From assembly GCA_963705215.1 (NCBI GenBank), contig CAVPJI010000014.1:10913-74912 (forward strand): a stretch of DNA of 64,000 nucleotides, given 5' to 3'. Numbering within the stretch: the first letter of the stretch is position 1; each line of letters begins with the position of its first letter. Below the pieces are notes generated by a model. That model was not told the origin of the DNA. It worked only from the letters and a program-made list of their open reading frames with translations, and made no database searches. The stretch is from an uncultured Chloroflexia bacterium. GTDB lineage: Bacteria; Chloroflexota; Limnocylindria; Limnocylindrales; CSP1-4. Below are positions 1 to 8,845 of this stretch, piece after piece. The translations under genes were made by a program, and so were the position numbers.

Positions 1-776
1 AACGCGGGAAGGAGTGCCGCTCCCGAGGCGAGTGACAGGCTGGGCGCACCCGTCGCCAATCGCATCGTGCCACCCAGGAACGGTCCCGTCACCTGCCGGG
101 CACCCCACGTGGTCTCGGCCGTGATCGACACGAGGGCGTTGGCCCGAAGCCGGTCGTAGAGCTCTCGGGTGCGCCGCAGTTCGGATCCATCGGTCATGAC
201 CAGGCGCTCCGCCAGGTAGCGCTCCTCAGGGATGGTCCTGACCGCGTTCAACCGGCGCCCCATTCGCGATTGGGAAACCCCGTGATCCGTGTGACTGAGG
301 TGGGTGAGGGAGTATCCGGCCGCACTCAGGCCCTTCTTCGCCACCAGGAAGGCGTACATCATCGGGGCAACCCAGACGATGCAGCCCGTGCCGCTCTCGA
401 GGGCGCGGTCGATGTGTTCGCCTCCGGTCAGCTCGATGCGCGGGTTCCATCCGCCGGGCCGGAACTCCCGCAGGTACTGGAGGTGCCGCTCCATGCGCCC
501 AGCCCTCGAGTGCACCACGGTCACGTCGGGTGCGGGCAGGCCGTCGCGGTCGCCGTATCTCTGCCGCACCCTCTCGATCCGGAACGCGGTGCTTCGTGGA
601 GTCAGGCGCGTCATCGCGCTACTGACAAGGACGCAGACGGGCGTCCAGAAGCGTTGAGGGGCCAGCCACGAAAGCGGGAGGAGGGTCACGAGCCACGCGA
701 CGATCGCGGGGTCCTGCCAGTCGAGCAGTGGGCGATCGCGCTGGATCGGGGCGTCGCTCCACCCTGCGCCTGTCAT
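1..776 (-). CDS. LpxL/PatA-like lipid acyltransferase family protein (3' end runs off the window)
   Basis: Manual translation from ATG at 776 stays open to the edge: ...IELTGGEHIDRALESGTGCIVW...PFLGGTMRLATGAPSLSLASGAALLP. This matches the G.EH.D.AL..G.G and PF.G.....TG...LA...GA.LLP pattern of the family. Not in the ORF track because no stop falls inside the window. Confidence 0.6.
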   Translation of the reverse strand, partial: MTGAGWSDAPIQRDRPLLDWQDPAIVAWLVTLLPLSWLAPQRFWTPVCVLVSSAMTRLTPRSTAFRIERVRQRYGDRDGLPAPDVTVVHSRAGRMERHLQYLREFRPGGWNPRIELTGGEHIDRALESGTGCIVWVAPMMYAFLVAKKGLSAAGYSLTHLSHTDHGVSQSRMGRRLNAVRTIPEERYLAERLVMTDGSELRRTRELYDRLRANALVSITAETTWGARQVTGPFLGGTMRLATGAPSLSLASGAALLPA

Positions 777-1164
777 CAGCGCCGACCCATTGACCACGGA
801 GGTCCGACCTCGGAGCGATGCCCGAGGTGCCAGCCTGGGACCTCGTTGCACTCCCCGACGGTGGCATGTGGCATCAGACGTCTCGCCGCCCAGCCGGCAG
901 AGAACTGGTCGCAGGCGCCGGGGAAGCGCGTCATGTCGCCGGCGACAACGTGATCCCGGAGCCGGCGCCCATAGACTGGGTGCTCAAGCTGCTCTCCCCG
1001 CTGCGTCGCTCAGCTCGGCGCGCCGGCCGAGCCGAGCGCGCGACGATTGCCAACAGGGCTCCATCATATGCGCGGCCGCGTCCGGTCGAGCGGGTGACTG
1101 GATGGGCCGCGGTGACCGACGTCAACGACGAGGCAGCGGTCGATCAGGCCCGGGCACTCCGTGC

Positions 1165-1385
1165 CGCCGTGGCTCGACAACCCGCTTGGCGCGGCATTCG
1201 TCCCTCCAGCGCCGGCGGAGGGCCGCCGCTTCTCGACGACCTCACAGCAGTCCTCGCACGCGAGGACCTCCCGCCGGTGGCACAGGCGGCGATCGCGCAC
1301 GCTCAGGTCGAGACGATCCACCCGTTCATCGACGGCAACGGCCGGGTCGGCCGCTGCCTGATCCACGTGGTCCTGCGCCGGAGCC
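1165..1385 (+). pseudogene. Fic-domain gene remnant
   Basis: NPLGAAFVPPAP in one frame, then after a shift near 1220 LLDDLTAVLAREDLPPVAQAAIAHAQVETIHPFIDGNGRVGRCLIHVVLRR (HPFxDGNGRxxR motif). No Fic-like N- or C-terminus. Confidence 0.7.
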
Positions 1386-1418
1386 GAGCCCCGGCCGGTC
1401 CGGCCGTGGCCGTTGGGA

Positions 1419-1871
1419 TCAGCCCGCCTCGGCCGCGTACGCCGCCACGACCTCGCTCAGGCGCCTGCTCCTGATCGGCTCGACGACGAGCTCGATGTCG
1501 GTCAGGGCGAAGTCACCTCCCTTGAACAGGAGCGGCTCCCCGAGGTCGCGCGCGAGGGCGTAGGCGAAGCAGTCGCCCATGTTGAGGCTGGCCGGGTGCC
1601 CCGAGCCGCGCCCGAACTGCTGATACGCCACCCTGGCAATCCGCGCCTGCTCGACGGTCAACGGCACGACCTCGATGTGCAGGAGGCGCAGCTTCGCGTC
1701 CAGGGCTCCCGAGAGGGCCGGGTCTCGACGACCGTCGATGACTGCTCCCAGCTCGACGTAGCTCGCGGACGAGAGCCGCCGGGCCAGAGCTGTGGACATC
1801 AGGCGCGTCAGCACGAGCGCATCCGCCTCGCGCAGCAGCAGCGCCACCAGGATCGACGTGTCGACGATCAT
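1419..1871 (-). CDS. vapC: VapC PIN-domain toxin
   Basis: MIVDTSILVALL...YQQFGRGSGHPASLNMGDCFAYALA...LLFKGGDF; ATGA overlap with the antitoxin stop. Confidence 0.9.
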   Translation of the reverse strand: MIVDTSILVALLLREADALVLTRLMSTALARRLSSASYVELGAVIDGRRDPALSGALDAKLRLLHIEVVPLTVEQARIARVAYQQFGRGSGHPASLNMGDCFAYALARDLGEPLLFKGGDFALTDIELVVEPIRSRRLSEVVAAYAAEAG

Positions 1872-2101
1872 CGGGGCAGGCCTCGTTCGTCGTAGAGGAG
1901 CGCGTCGAAGTCCTGGCTCAGGTACTCCCTGCCGAGGCGATCGCCGAGCTCGCCCCACGCCGCAAGGGCCTCGTCCACGTCGAAGGCGGGCTCGGGCGTG
2001 CGCATCTGCGCCAGGCGTGCCGTGACCGCGTCCGTGATCGCCGCCGTCATGGACACGTGCAGCTTGTCCGCCAGCTCCCTGACGAGCCTGACCGTCTCCT
2101 C
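1868..2101 (-). CDS. vapB: VapB antitoxin (Rv0623/VapB30-like), N-terminus apparently missing
   Basis: EETVRLVRELADKLHVSMTAAITDAV...LYDERGLPR. No in-frame start between the upstream stop (2156) and GTG 2056/ATG 2050. Confidence 0.7.
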   Translation of the reverse strand, partial: EETVRLVRELADKLHVSMTAAITDAVTARLAQMRTPEPAFDVDEALAAWGELGDRLGREYLSQDFDALLYDERGLPR

Positions 2102-2155
2102 CGCCGATGTCGGGTGGCTCGACGCCGTGACTGGCGCTCCCCGGCAGGACGTGGA

Positions 2156-3031
2156 TCAGGTGTCGCCGGACGGGGCCTCGTGCGCCTCGGCGTCGTCGAG
2201 GCCGTCCAGCCGGCGCCGGATGTCAGCGAGGTTCGACATCCGCTGCAGCACGGCGGGCACCTGGTCGAAGCCGCCGATGTAGGCCCACACGTAGGCGATG
2301 GTCGCGAAGATCGCCCCGACCTCCTCCGAGGTGCCTGTCGCTCGCACGAGCGCGAACACGGCGAGACCAAGCGCGATGACGTCGACGACGCCCCAGCTGA
2401 TGCCCTCGGCGTCGGACAGTCGGTTCCAGTGGCCCGCGATCACCCCGAAATGGTGGCGCACGTCCGCGACGGACCCCTCGTCGATGAGCGACACCTCGCG
2501 TTCCGACTGGTCGTTGAGAACGCGATAGATCCTGCCCGATCGTCGCATCAGGCGACGGTTGATCAGGGCCACCGGGATGGCGACGACGGCCGCGACGAGG
2601 CCGAGCAGCGGGTCGTAGAAGAGCAGCATGACCAGCGAGCCGACGACCGCGAACGCCGCGGTGATGGCGGTGTTGACACCACTCCTCAGGAAGTCGACGT
2701 ACTCGTCGGCCAGGAGCGTCCGCGCAACCACCGCTGTCGTCGCGACGCCCTCGGCACGCTGGTCCTCGACGAGATCCGTCGCGAACGCGGCGGACAGGCG
2801 ATTGAACAGGCGGGTGTCGTACCACTGCCGGGCGACACCGAGGCACGTGTGGGCCAGCGAGAGCAGGACGAACAGGATCACCCCACCCCACGAACCGTCG
2901 AGCAGCCCGTCGACCGCGAGGCCGATGGCGAAGGGGTACAGCAGCTCGAACGTGCTCTCGACCACCGCCGCCCCGTAGGACACCGCGAGCGCGCGCCGGT
3001 GCGGCCGCACGTGGGCCGTCACGAACCCCAC
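2156..3031 (-). CDS. Stand-alone ABC-transporter six-transmembrane domain protein
   Basis: 291 aa hydrophobic ORF (LLYPFAIGLAVDGLL...RQWYDTRLF); GGGAGG RBS upstream; no ATPase domain. Confidence 0.7.
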   Translation of the reverse strand: MGFVTAHVRPHRRALAVSYGAAVVESTFELLYPFAIGLAVDGLLDGSWGGVILFVLLSLAHTCLGVARQWYDTRLFNRLSAAFATDLVEDQRAEGVATTAVVARTLLADEYVDFLRSGVNTAITAAFAVVGSLVMLLFYDPLLGLVAAVVAIPVALINRRLMRRSGRIYRVLNDQSEREVSLIDEGSVADVRHHFGVIAGHWNRLSDAEGISWGVVDVIALGLAVFALVRATGTSEEVGAIFATIAYVWAYIGGFDQVPAVLQRMSNLADIRRRLDGLDDAEAHEAPSGDT

Positions 3032-3259
3032 GACGCGATCCTCCCTTCAGACCCTGGACGAGAGTGGCTCCTTCGGCGGATTCACGGCGCGTGCGGCGGG
3101 TCGCCTCCGCCATGATGCACGTTGCCACGACGGCCCGAGACGGCGTTCGCCGCCTTGGCATTGGGCTCGCGGCCTGCGGCCCGACGTCTGCGCCAGCGGC
3201 TCGATACCCTGGCGCCGCTCCATCTGCGATATTGACCGCTCGCACGCGAGGAGCAGGAG

Positions 3260-4939
3260 ATGGCACGCCGCTTTCCGATCCGGCGGGACACGCTGCGCGC
3301 CGATGGCGTCGCCGGTCTCGTGCTCGGCGTGCAGAGCGTCCCTGACGGCCTTGCCACTGGGCTGCTCGCGGGGGTCAACCCGCTCGCGGGCCTCTATGCC
3401 TACATGGTCGGCACGTTCACCGGCGCCCTGATCACCAGCTCCTCGTTCATGGCCATCCAGGGGACCGGCGCGATGGCCATGATCATGGCCGACATCCCGA
3501 CGCTGCACCAGTCCGCAGACGCCGATCGGGCGCTGGTCACGCTCTCGATCCTCACCGGCGTCATCATGCTGGCGGCCGGGCTCCTGAAGCTCGGGTGGCT
3601 CCTGCGGTTCGTCTCCAACGCGGTGATGGTGGGGTTCATCAACGCCGTCGGCGTCAACATCGTCCTGGGCCAGCTGGCGAACTTCACGGGCTACGACGCC
3701 GAGGGCCCGAACCGCGTCGTGCGGGCCTTCAACACGCTGGTCAACCCGGCCCAGCTCGACCTGCAGACCCTCGTGATCGGGATCGCCACGATCGGCCTGA
3801 TCGTCCTGTTCGAGCGGACCAGGCTTGGTGCCCTGGGCCTCGTGGTGGCGGTGGTGATCACGTCGGCCGGAGTCGTGGTTCTCGGCTGGCAGGTGGCCAC
3901 CCTAAACGACCTCGGTGTCGTCGCCAGCTCGCTGCCGCGGCCGGAGGCACCGCTGCTCAGCCTCGTGCCGGTGCTACTCCTGCCCGCGGCGTCGCTGGCC
4001 TTCGTCGGCCTGGTCCAGGGCGCGAGCATCTCCGCCAACTTCCCCAACGAGGATGGGAGCTATGGCGACGTATCGCGCGACTTCGTCGGGCAGGGCGCGG
4101 CCAACGTCGCGGCCGGGATCCTCCAGGGGATGCCCGTCGGCGGGTCGGTCTCGGCTTCGGCGCTCAACAAGGCCGCGGGCGCGCGCACGCGCCAGTCGTT
4201 GCTGATCGCGGGCCTCGTGATGGCGATCGTGGTGGTCGTGTTCGGGGAAGTGGTCGGCTACGTCGCCATGCCCGCCCTCGCCGGCCTGCTCATGCTCATC
4301 GGCTTCCGCACCATCAAGCCGGATGACCTCAAGTCAGTCTGGAGGACCGGCAACGTCCAGAAGGTCGTCCTGGTCATGACATTCATCCTGACGATGCTCG
4401 TCCCGCTGCAGTACGCGGTGATGGCCGGCGTGGGCGTGTCCGTGATCCTCTACGTCGTGCGCCAGTCAAACAAGGTCACGGTCCGGCGCTGGGAGCTCGA
4501 CGCCGAAGGGCACGTGATCGAGACCGATCCGCCGGCAACGCTCGGGCCCGCCGAGGTGGTCGTCCTCCAGCCCTACGGGAGCCTGTTCTTCGCCGCTGCT
4601 CCGGTGTTCGAGACCCTCCTGCCGGCCGTGACCGAGGCCTCGCGCGACAGCGTCGTGATCCTCCGCCTGCGCGGCCGGACCGACCTCGGGACGACGTTCA
4701 TGGACGTGCTCCTCCGCTATGCGCAGAACCTTGGGGCGGTGGGCAGCAAGCTCGTCGTCGTGTCCACGAACGAACGGATCGACGAGCAGCTGGGCGTGAC
4801 GGGCATCACCGCGGTGATCGGCGCCGACAACGTCTACGCCGGCGACCACCGGGTGGGCGCCGCCATCAGGCGGGCCTACGACGACGCGCTGGCCTGGGTC
4901 GCGGCCAGACGGGATCCCGGCGGCACCGGCCAGGATTGA
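3260..4939 (+). CDS. SulP family anion permease with STAS domain
   Basis: DGVAGLVLG..SVPDGLA, GLY, VMVGFINAVG, GQGAANVAAG, and a C-terminal GSLFFAAA STAS region; AGGAG RBS. Confidence 0.9.
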   Translation: MARRFPIRRDTLRADGVAGLVLGVQSVPDGLATGLLAGVNPLAGLYAYMVGTFTGALITSSSFMAIQGTGAMAMIMADIPTLHQSADADRALVTLSILTGVIMLAAGLLKLGWLLRFVSNAVMVGFINAVGVNIVLGQLANFTGYDAEGPNRVVRAFNTLVNPAQLDLQTLVIGIATIGLIVLFERTRLGALGLVVAVVITSAGVVVLGWQVATLNDLGVVASSLPRPEAPLLSLVPVLLLPAASLAFVGLVQGASISANFPNEDGSYGDVSRDFVGQGAANVAAGILQGMPVGGSVSASALNKAAGARTRQSLLIAGLVMAIVVVVFGEVVGYVAMPALAGLLMLIGFRTIKPDDLKSVWRTGNVQKVVLVMTFILTMLVPLQYAVMAGVGVSVILYVVRQSNKVTVRRWELDAEGHVIETDPPATLGPAEVVVLQPYGSLFFAAAPVFETLLPAVTEASRDSVVILRLRGRTDLGTTFMDVLLRYAQNLGAVGSKLVVVSTNERIDEQLGVTGITAVIGADNVYAGDHRVGAAIRRAYDDALAWVAARRDPGGTGQD

Positions 4940-4995
4940 CCTGGCGCGAGCCGCCGCTGGCGCCGGCGGCAGGTCAAGCGAAGAGCGGCGGCTCG
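4936..4995. repeat. Two interleaved perfect inverted repeats (pseudoknot-like or alternative hairpins)
   Basis: TTGACCTG (4936-4943) pairs with CAGGTCAA (4970-4977); CGAGCCGCCGCT (4947-4958) pairs with AGCGGCGGCTCG (4984-4995). Confidence 0.6.
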
Positions 4996-5051
4996 ACTCG
5001 CCACGGCAGGCAAACTTACATCGGATCGGACGGGACTGTTATCATATCCAC

Positions 5052-5294
5052 ATGATCAGGACGCAGATCTCGCTCACCGATGACCAGATGCGGCGCCTCC
5101 GCCGGGAGGCGCGACGACGGCATGTGTCCCTTGCGGCGGTCATCCGCGATGCGGTCGACCGGGTCGTGCCCGACGAGGATGTCCGGCGGCGCGACCGCAT
5201 CGACACGCTCCTGGCCGCGGCCGGCTCGGCCGCGTCCGGAACGGGCTCGGTTGCGCGGGATCACGACGCTGAGCTGGCGGGCGACCGCTGGTGA
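5052..5294 (+). CDS. vapB: Ribbon-helix-helix (CopG-like) antitoxin
   Basis: MIRTQISLTDDQMRRLRREARRRHVSLAAVIRDAVD; TATCAT at 5040-5045 just upstream suggests leaderless transcription. Confidence 0.85.
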   Translation: MIRTQISLTDDQMRRLRREARRRHVSLAAVIRDAVDRVVPDEDVRRRDRIDTLLAAAGSAASGTGSVARDHDAELAGDRW

Positions 5295-5683
5295 CCATCT
5301 TCGTCGACTCGAGCGGGATCCTCGCCCTCGTGGACCGCGACGATCCGGCTCATGCGGGCGTCGTCGAGGCGTTCACGCTGGGTCGATCCGAGGTCCTCGC
5401 GACGCACGCCTACGTCATCGTCGAGACCCTGGCGGTGGCCCGCCGACGCTACGGCCCCACAGTCACGGCCGATCTCATCGACCGCGTCATCCCGGCTTTG
5501 GACGTGGCGGCGGTCGACGCCGACCTGCATGCCGCGGCGGTTGCGGCCTTCGGTGGCACGGTCGAATCGGCGGTCTCGCTCGTGGACCGGACGAGCTTCG
5601 CCTTCATGCGCCGGGAGGGGATCGAGCGTGCGATCGCCCTCGACGCGGACTTCCGAACCGCAGGCTTCGAGACGCTCCCCTGA
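5291..5683 (+). CDS. vapC: VapC PIN-domain toxin
   Basis: IFVDSSGILAL...E...SLVDRTSFAFMRREGI..AIALDADF; GTGA overlap. Confidence 0.88.
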   Translation: MTIFVDSSGILALVDRDDPAHAGVVEAFTLGRSEVLATHAYVIVETLAVARRRYGPTVTADLIDRVIPALDVAAVDADLHAAAVAAFGGTVESAVSLVDRTSFAFMRREGIERAIALDADFRTAGFETLP

Positions 5684-5717
5684 CGGATCGGCCGGGGGGC
5701 CGCCCGGGTACACCGAG

Positions 5718-5757
5718 TTGACACCCAGGCATATACGTAATATCTTACGTATATGCC
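5718..5757 (+). promoter_or_regulatory. Sigma70 promoter overlapped by a MarR-type operator
   Basis: TTGACA (5718-5723)-17 bp-TATCTT (5741-5746). A perfect 13-bp inverted repeat GGCATATACGTAA-tatc-TTACGTATATGCC (5728-5757) covers the ATG at 5753. Confidence 0.85.
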
Positions 5758-6217
5758 GACCGACGACGAGCTCCTCGCGGCCCGAGCGGAGATCTTCGGA
5801 TCGATCTTCGTCGTCGTCCAGCACCTGGCGCGGCGCGCCGACGCGGAGCTGGCGGTCCTGGATCTCACGACGCGCCAATGGCTGCTCCTCGCCGTCCTGA
5901 CGAAGTGGTTCCCGGGCCACAGGCCATCGCTGAGCGAGGCGGCCGAGAGGTACGGGAGCTCGCGGCAGAACGTCAAGCAGATCGCGCTCGGCCTGGAGGC
6001 GCGCGGCTTCGTCCGCCTCGTCCCCGATCGCGACGATGGCCGGACCACCCGGATCGAGCTCACCGAGCGGGTCGGCGTCTTCGACGAGCCCGAGATGGTC
6101 GGGCAGGCCTCGGCGATGCTGGCAGACGCCTGCGCCGGCCTTTCGGCCGAAGAGACCCTGACCTTGCGCGACCTCGTCCGGCAATGGCTCGCCGGCGTCG
6201 CGAATCCCGAAACGTGA
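5753..6217 (+). CDS. MarR family transcriptional regulator
   Basis: LTTRQWLLL...SLSEAAERYGSSRQNVKQIALGLEARGFVRLVPDRDDGR winged helix. Confidence 0.88.
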   Translation: MPTDDELLAARAEIFGSIFVVVQHLARRADAELAVLDLTTRQWLLLAVLTKWFPGHRPSLSEAAERYGSSRQNVKQIALGLEARGFVRLVPDRDDGRTTRIELTERVGVFDEPEMVGQASAMLADACAGLSAEETLTLRDLVRQWLAGVANPET

Positions 6218-6231
6218 AAGGAAGATCAACC

Positions 6232-6624
6232 ATGCTCCGGATCGCCGCGGGGGCCGTCGTCGTCGCCCACGGGCTCATTCACCTCATCGGCTTCGTGGTC
6301 CCGTGGGGGATCTCCTCGGTCGAAGGCTTCGCCTACCGGACGACGGCCCTTGGCGGAGCGATCGCCCTCGGCGACACGGGGGCCCGGGCGGTCGGGATCG
6401 TCTGGCTGGCGTGCGCCGTCGGCTTCGTCGTGGCGGGCCTCGGGATCTGGCGGCGCGCCTCCTGGGCGGCGCCGCTCACGGCGGCCCTCGCGGGCGTCTC
6501 GGTCGCCGTGGGCGTCCTCGGCCTTCCCGAGACGTCCGCCGGGATCGTGGTCAACGCCGCCATCTTCGGCGCCGTGGCGTGGGTGTCGTTCGCCCGCCCG
6601 CGTGTCCGCGAGGCGGCCCGATGA
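6232..6624 (+). CDS. Small integral membrane protein (4 TM)
   Basis: MLRIAAGAVVVAHGLIHLIGF... with hydrophobic segments; in an operon with marR. Confidence 0.7.
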   Translation: MLRIAAGAVVVAHGLIHLIGFVVPWGISSVEGFAYRTTALGGAIALGDTGARAVGIVWLACAVGFVVAGLGIWRRASWAAPLTAALAGVSVAVGVLGLPETSAGIVVNAAIFGAVAWVSFARPRVREAAR

Positions 6625-7459
6625 CCGCGCCCGTCCTGACGGCCCGGGGGCCGGCGGAGCATGCCGCGGGCCGCTCGCTCCAGGGGCGGTACGACCGGGT
6701 CGTCGCGGCCGAGTTCGCGGCCCAGCCGCTGCGGCCGGGGGCGCCGCCGCTCACCCAGGAGGACCTCGCCGGGCTGCCGGCGCCGGTCCGGCGGTACGTC
6801 GAGCGCTCCGGCGCGCTCGGGAGGCCGCGCCCGCAGAACATGCGGGTCGTGCTCGACGCGGACATGTACCGCGGGCCGGGCCAGGCGCCGATGCGTGCGA
6901 CCTCGATCCAGTACACGTTCTTCGACCGACCCGCCCGCCTCTTCCTCATGAAGGCGCGGATGTTCGGTCTGCCGGTCCGGGCCCTGCACGTCTACCGCAG
7001 GAGCAGGCCACATTCACCGTCCGGGTGGCGTCGCTCGTGAACATGGTCGACCTGCGCGGCGACGAGATCAGCGCCGCCGAGACGGTCACCGTGCTCAACG
7101 ACCTCTGTCTCATGGCGCCCGGCGCGCTGGTGGACCCTCGCCTGGCGTGGACGCCCGTCGACGACCGGACGGCGGCCGTGGCGTTCACGAATGGCCCGCA
7201 CCGGGTCGGCGCAACCCTCGTCTTCAACGACCGCGACGAGCTCGTGGACTTCTGGTCCGACGACCGACCGGAGAGCAGCAGCGGGCGGTTCGTCCCGTTG
7301 CGCTGGTCGACCCCGGTGGACGAGTACCGCGACGTCGGCGGCCACCACCTGCTTCATCACGGCAGCGCGGTCTACGCCCGTCCCGACGGCCCGTTCGCGT
7401 ACGGGACCTTCACGCTCCGATCGATCGAGTACGACGTGGCGGGGCCCAGGCCGGAGTGA
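6621..7459 (+). CDS. DUF6544-like protein, split by a frameshift near 6997 (probable sequencing indel)
   Basis: First part LAGLPAPVRRYVERSGALGRP...LFLMKARMFGLPVRALHVYR continues in another frame as QEQATFTVRVASLVNMVD...ETVTVLNDLCLMAPGALVD...WSTP. Confidence 0.7.
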
Positions 7460-7480
7460 CGTCGAGCGAGTGCAGGGGTA

Positions 7481-7506
7481 TCCTTACATCTGCGACGTTG
7501 TAAGGA
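7481..7506. promoter_or_regulatory. Palindromic operator upstream of the AbrB-type antitoxin
   Basis: TCCTTACA-N10-TGTAAGGA; the right arm overlaps the AAGGAG RBS. Confidence 0.7.
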
Positions 7507-7513
7507 GTCAGGC

Positions 7514-7762
7514 ATGGAGGTCTCGGCGCGGCTCAGCTCCAAGGGCCAGATCACGGTCCCGCGAGCGGTTCGCGAGGCGCTGTCGCTCGAAGAGGGGGAT
7601 CGACTCGTATTTCGGGTTGAAGGTGATCACGCCGTGCTCGCTCGAACCCCGGATCTCCTCGCCATGGCGGGGTCGGTGAGCGTGCCCGCGGCAAAGCGGG
7701 GCGCGCCGTGGGCGGAGGTCCTCCGGCAGACCCGGCGGGCCCGGGCCGCCGATCGGCGGTGA
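7514..7762 (+). CDS. vapB: AbrB/MazE/SpoVT-family antitoxin
   Basis: ARLSSKGQITVPRAVREALSLEEGDRLVF. Confidence 0.88.
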   Translation: MEVSARLSSKGQITVPRAVREALSLEEGDRLVFRVEGDHAVLARTPDLLAMAGSVSVPAAKRGAPWAEVLRQTRRARAADRR

Positions 7763-8154
7763 CTGCATTCGTCGATACCAACGTCCTGGTTCGGCACCTG
7801 ACCGGCGATCCACCCGACCTGGCGGCGCGGGCGACCCGCTACCTCGGGGCCGCCGACGAGCTGCTGCTCCCGGATCTCATCCTCGCCGAGGTGGCCTACG
7901 TCCTCGAGTCCTTCTACGAAGCCCCTCGGGCACAGGTGGCGACGACGCTGCGCGCCGTGCTGGCCTATCCGGCAATCCGCGTTGTGGATGCCGACCTGCT
8001 CCAGCGGGCCGTCGAGGTCTACGAGATCGACCGGCTCGACTTCGCCGACGCGTACCTTGTCGCCAGCGCGGAACGGACCGGGATCGGGGTCATCGCCTCG
8101 TTCGATCGCAGCATCGATCGCGTGGCAACGGTCCGCCGCGAGGAGCCGGGCTGA
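7759..8154 (+). CDS. vapC: VapC PIN-domain toxin
   Basis: AFVDTNVLVRHL...ILAEVAYVL...LDFADAYL...IASFDR; GTGA overlap. Confidence 0.9.
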   Translation: MTAFVDTNVLVRHLTGDPPDLAARATRYLGAADELLLPDLILAEVAYVLESFYEAPRAQVATTLRAVLAYPAIRVVDADLLQRAVEVYEIDRLDFADAYLVASAERTGIGVIASFDRSIDRVATVRREEPG

Positions 8155-8263
8155 GCAGATCGGTGGCCGTCGAACGGCCGCGCTTCGTGGTATCACCCGC
8201 CGCCGGTGGCGAGCTGCCGGAGCCCCAGGAGTGTCCTGCGAGGCCGCTGCGAACCGTCGGAGG

Positions 8264-8662
8264 TCAGCCGGCGAGGGCGGTGTCCACGCGGATGACGGGT
8301 GGGTTCTCGAAGTGCTTCTTGACCGCACACTGCTCCGCCGCGCGCACGACCGCATCGGCGTACTTGTCCGGGAATCCCGCGGGCAGCTCGATCGTGACCT
8401 GCACATCGGTCACCAGGTGGGTCGTCGGATCGACCTGCATCCGCTGGACGAGGCGAATCCCATCGGTCGAGATGCCGCGCTGCCGGCAGAACCCCAGCAC
8501 GTAGATGCCCGCGCACGTTCCGATCGTCGATAGGAAGGTGGCGAGGGGCGTCGGCGCCGAGCTCTGGCCGCCGCCCGACGGCGGCTGGTCGGTGGGAACG
8601 ACGAAGCTCCCGAAGTGCGCGTCGACGCGCGCGCCTCCCGGGAAGTCGATGGTCATTTCCAT
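8264..8662 (-). CDS. OsmC family protein
   Basis: MEMTIDFPGG...TDQP..GGG..SAPTP...GTCAG...EQCAVK; GGAGG RBS. Confidence 0.88.
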   Translation of the reverse strand: MEMTIDFPGGARVDAHFGSFVVPTDQPPSGGGQSSAPTPLATFLSTIGTCAGIYVLGFCRQRGISTDGIRLVQRMQVDPTTHLVTDVQVTIELPAGFPDKYADAVVRAAEQCAVKKHFENPPVIRVDTALAG

Positions 8663-8727
8663 TGTGCGGAACCTCCGGTCGGGGGCGGATGAGATGCAGC
8701 GGAGAATGGCGAGAGCATACCCGTTCC

Positions 8728-8757
8728 TTGCATAGTTGCGCAAGTCTGCAATATAAT
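8728..8757 (+). promoter_or_regulatory. Promoter with 24-bp palindromic operator between divergent osmC-like and rhodanese genes
   Basis: TTGCATAGTTGCGCAAGTCTGCAA (20/24 symmetric) immediately followed by TATAAT (8752-8757); TTGCAT-18 bp-TATAAT. Confidence 0.7.
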
Positions 8758-8845
8758 GGCCGCGGGGCCGGCGGGCCATCCGGATGCGCTCATCGCCGGT
8801 GACATCGCTCGATGGAGTCCGCCCGGCACCATCAGGGAGGTACGC

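Noticed and set aside
3146-3192. Fluoride-riboswitch-like words (GACGGCGTTCGCC...GACGTCTGC) upstream of sulP
   Set aside because: P1 does not pair, and the conserved GAUG and U(A/G)AUG nucleotides are absent.
4923-4995. GCTGGCGCCGGC and GCGAA resemble an HDV-like ribozyme
   Set aside because: No UCC loop for P1.1 and no consistent P1/P2 pairing; probably chance at high GC.
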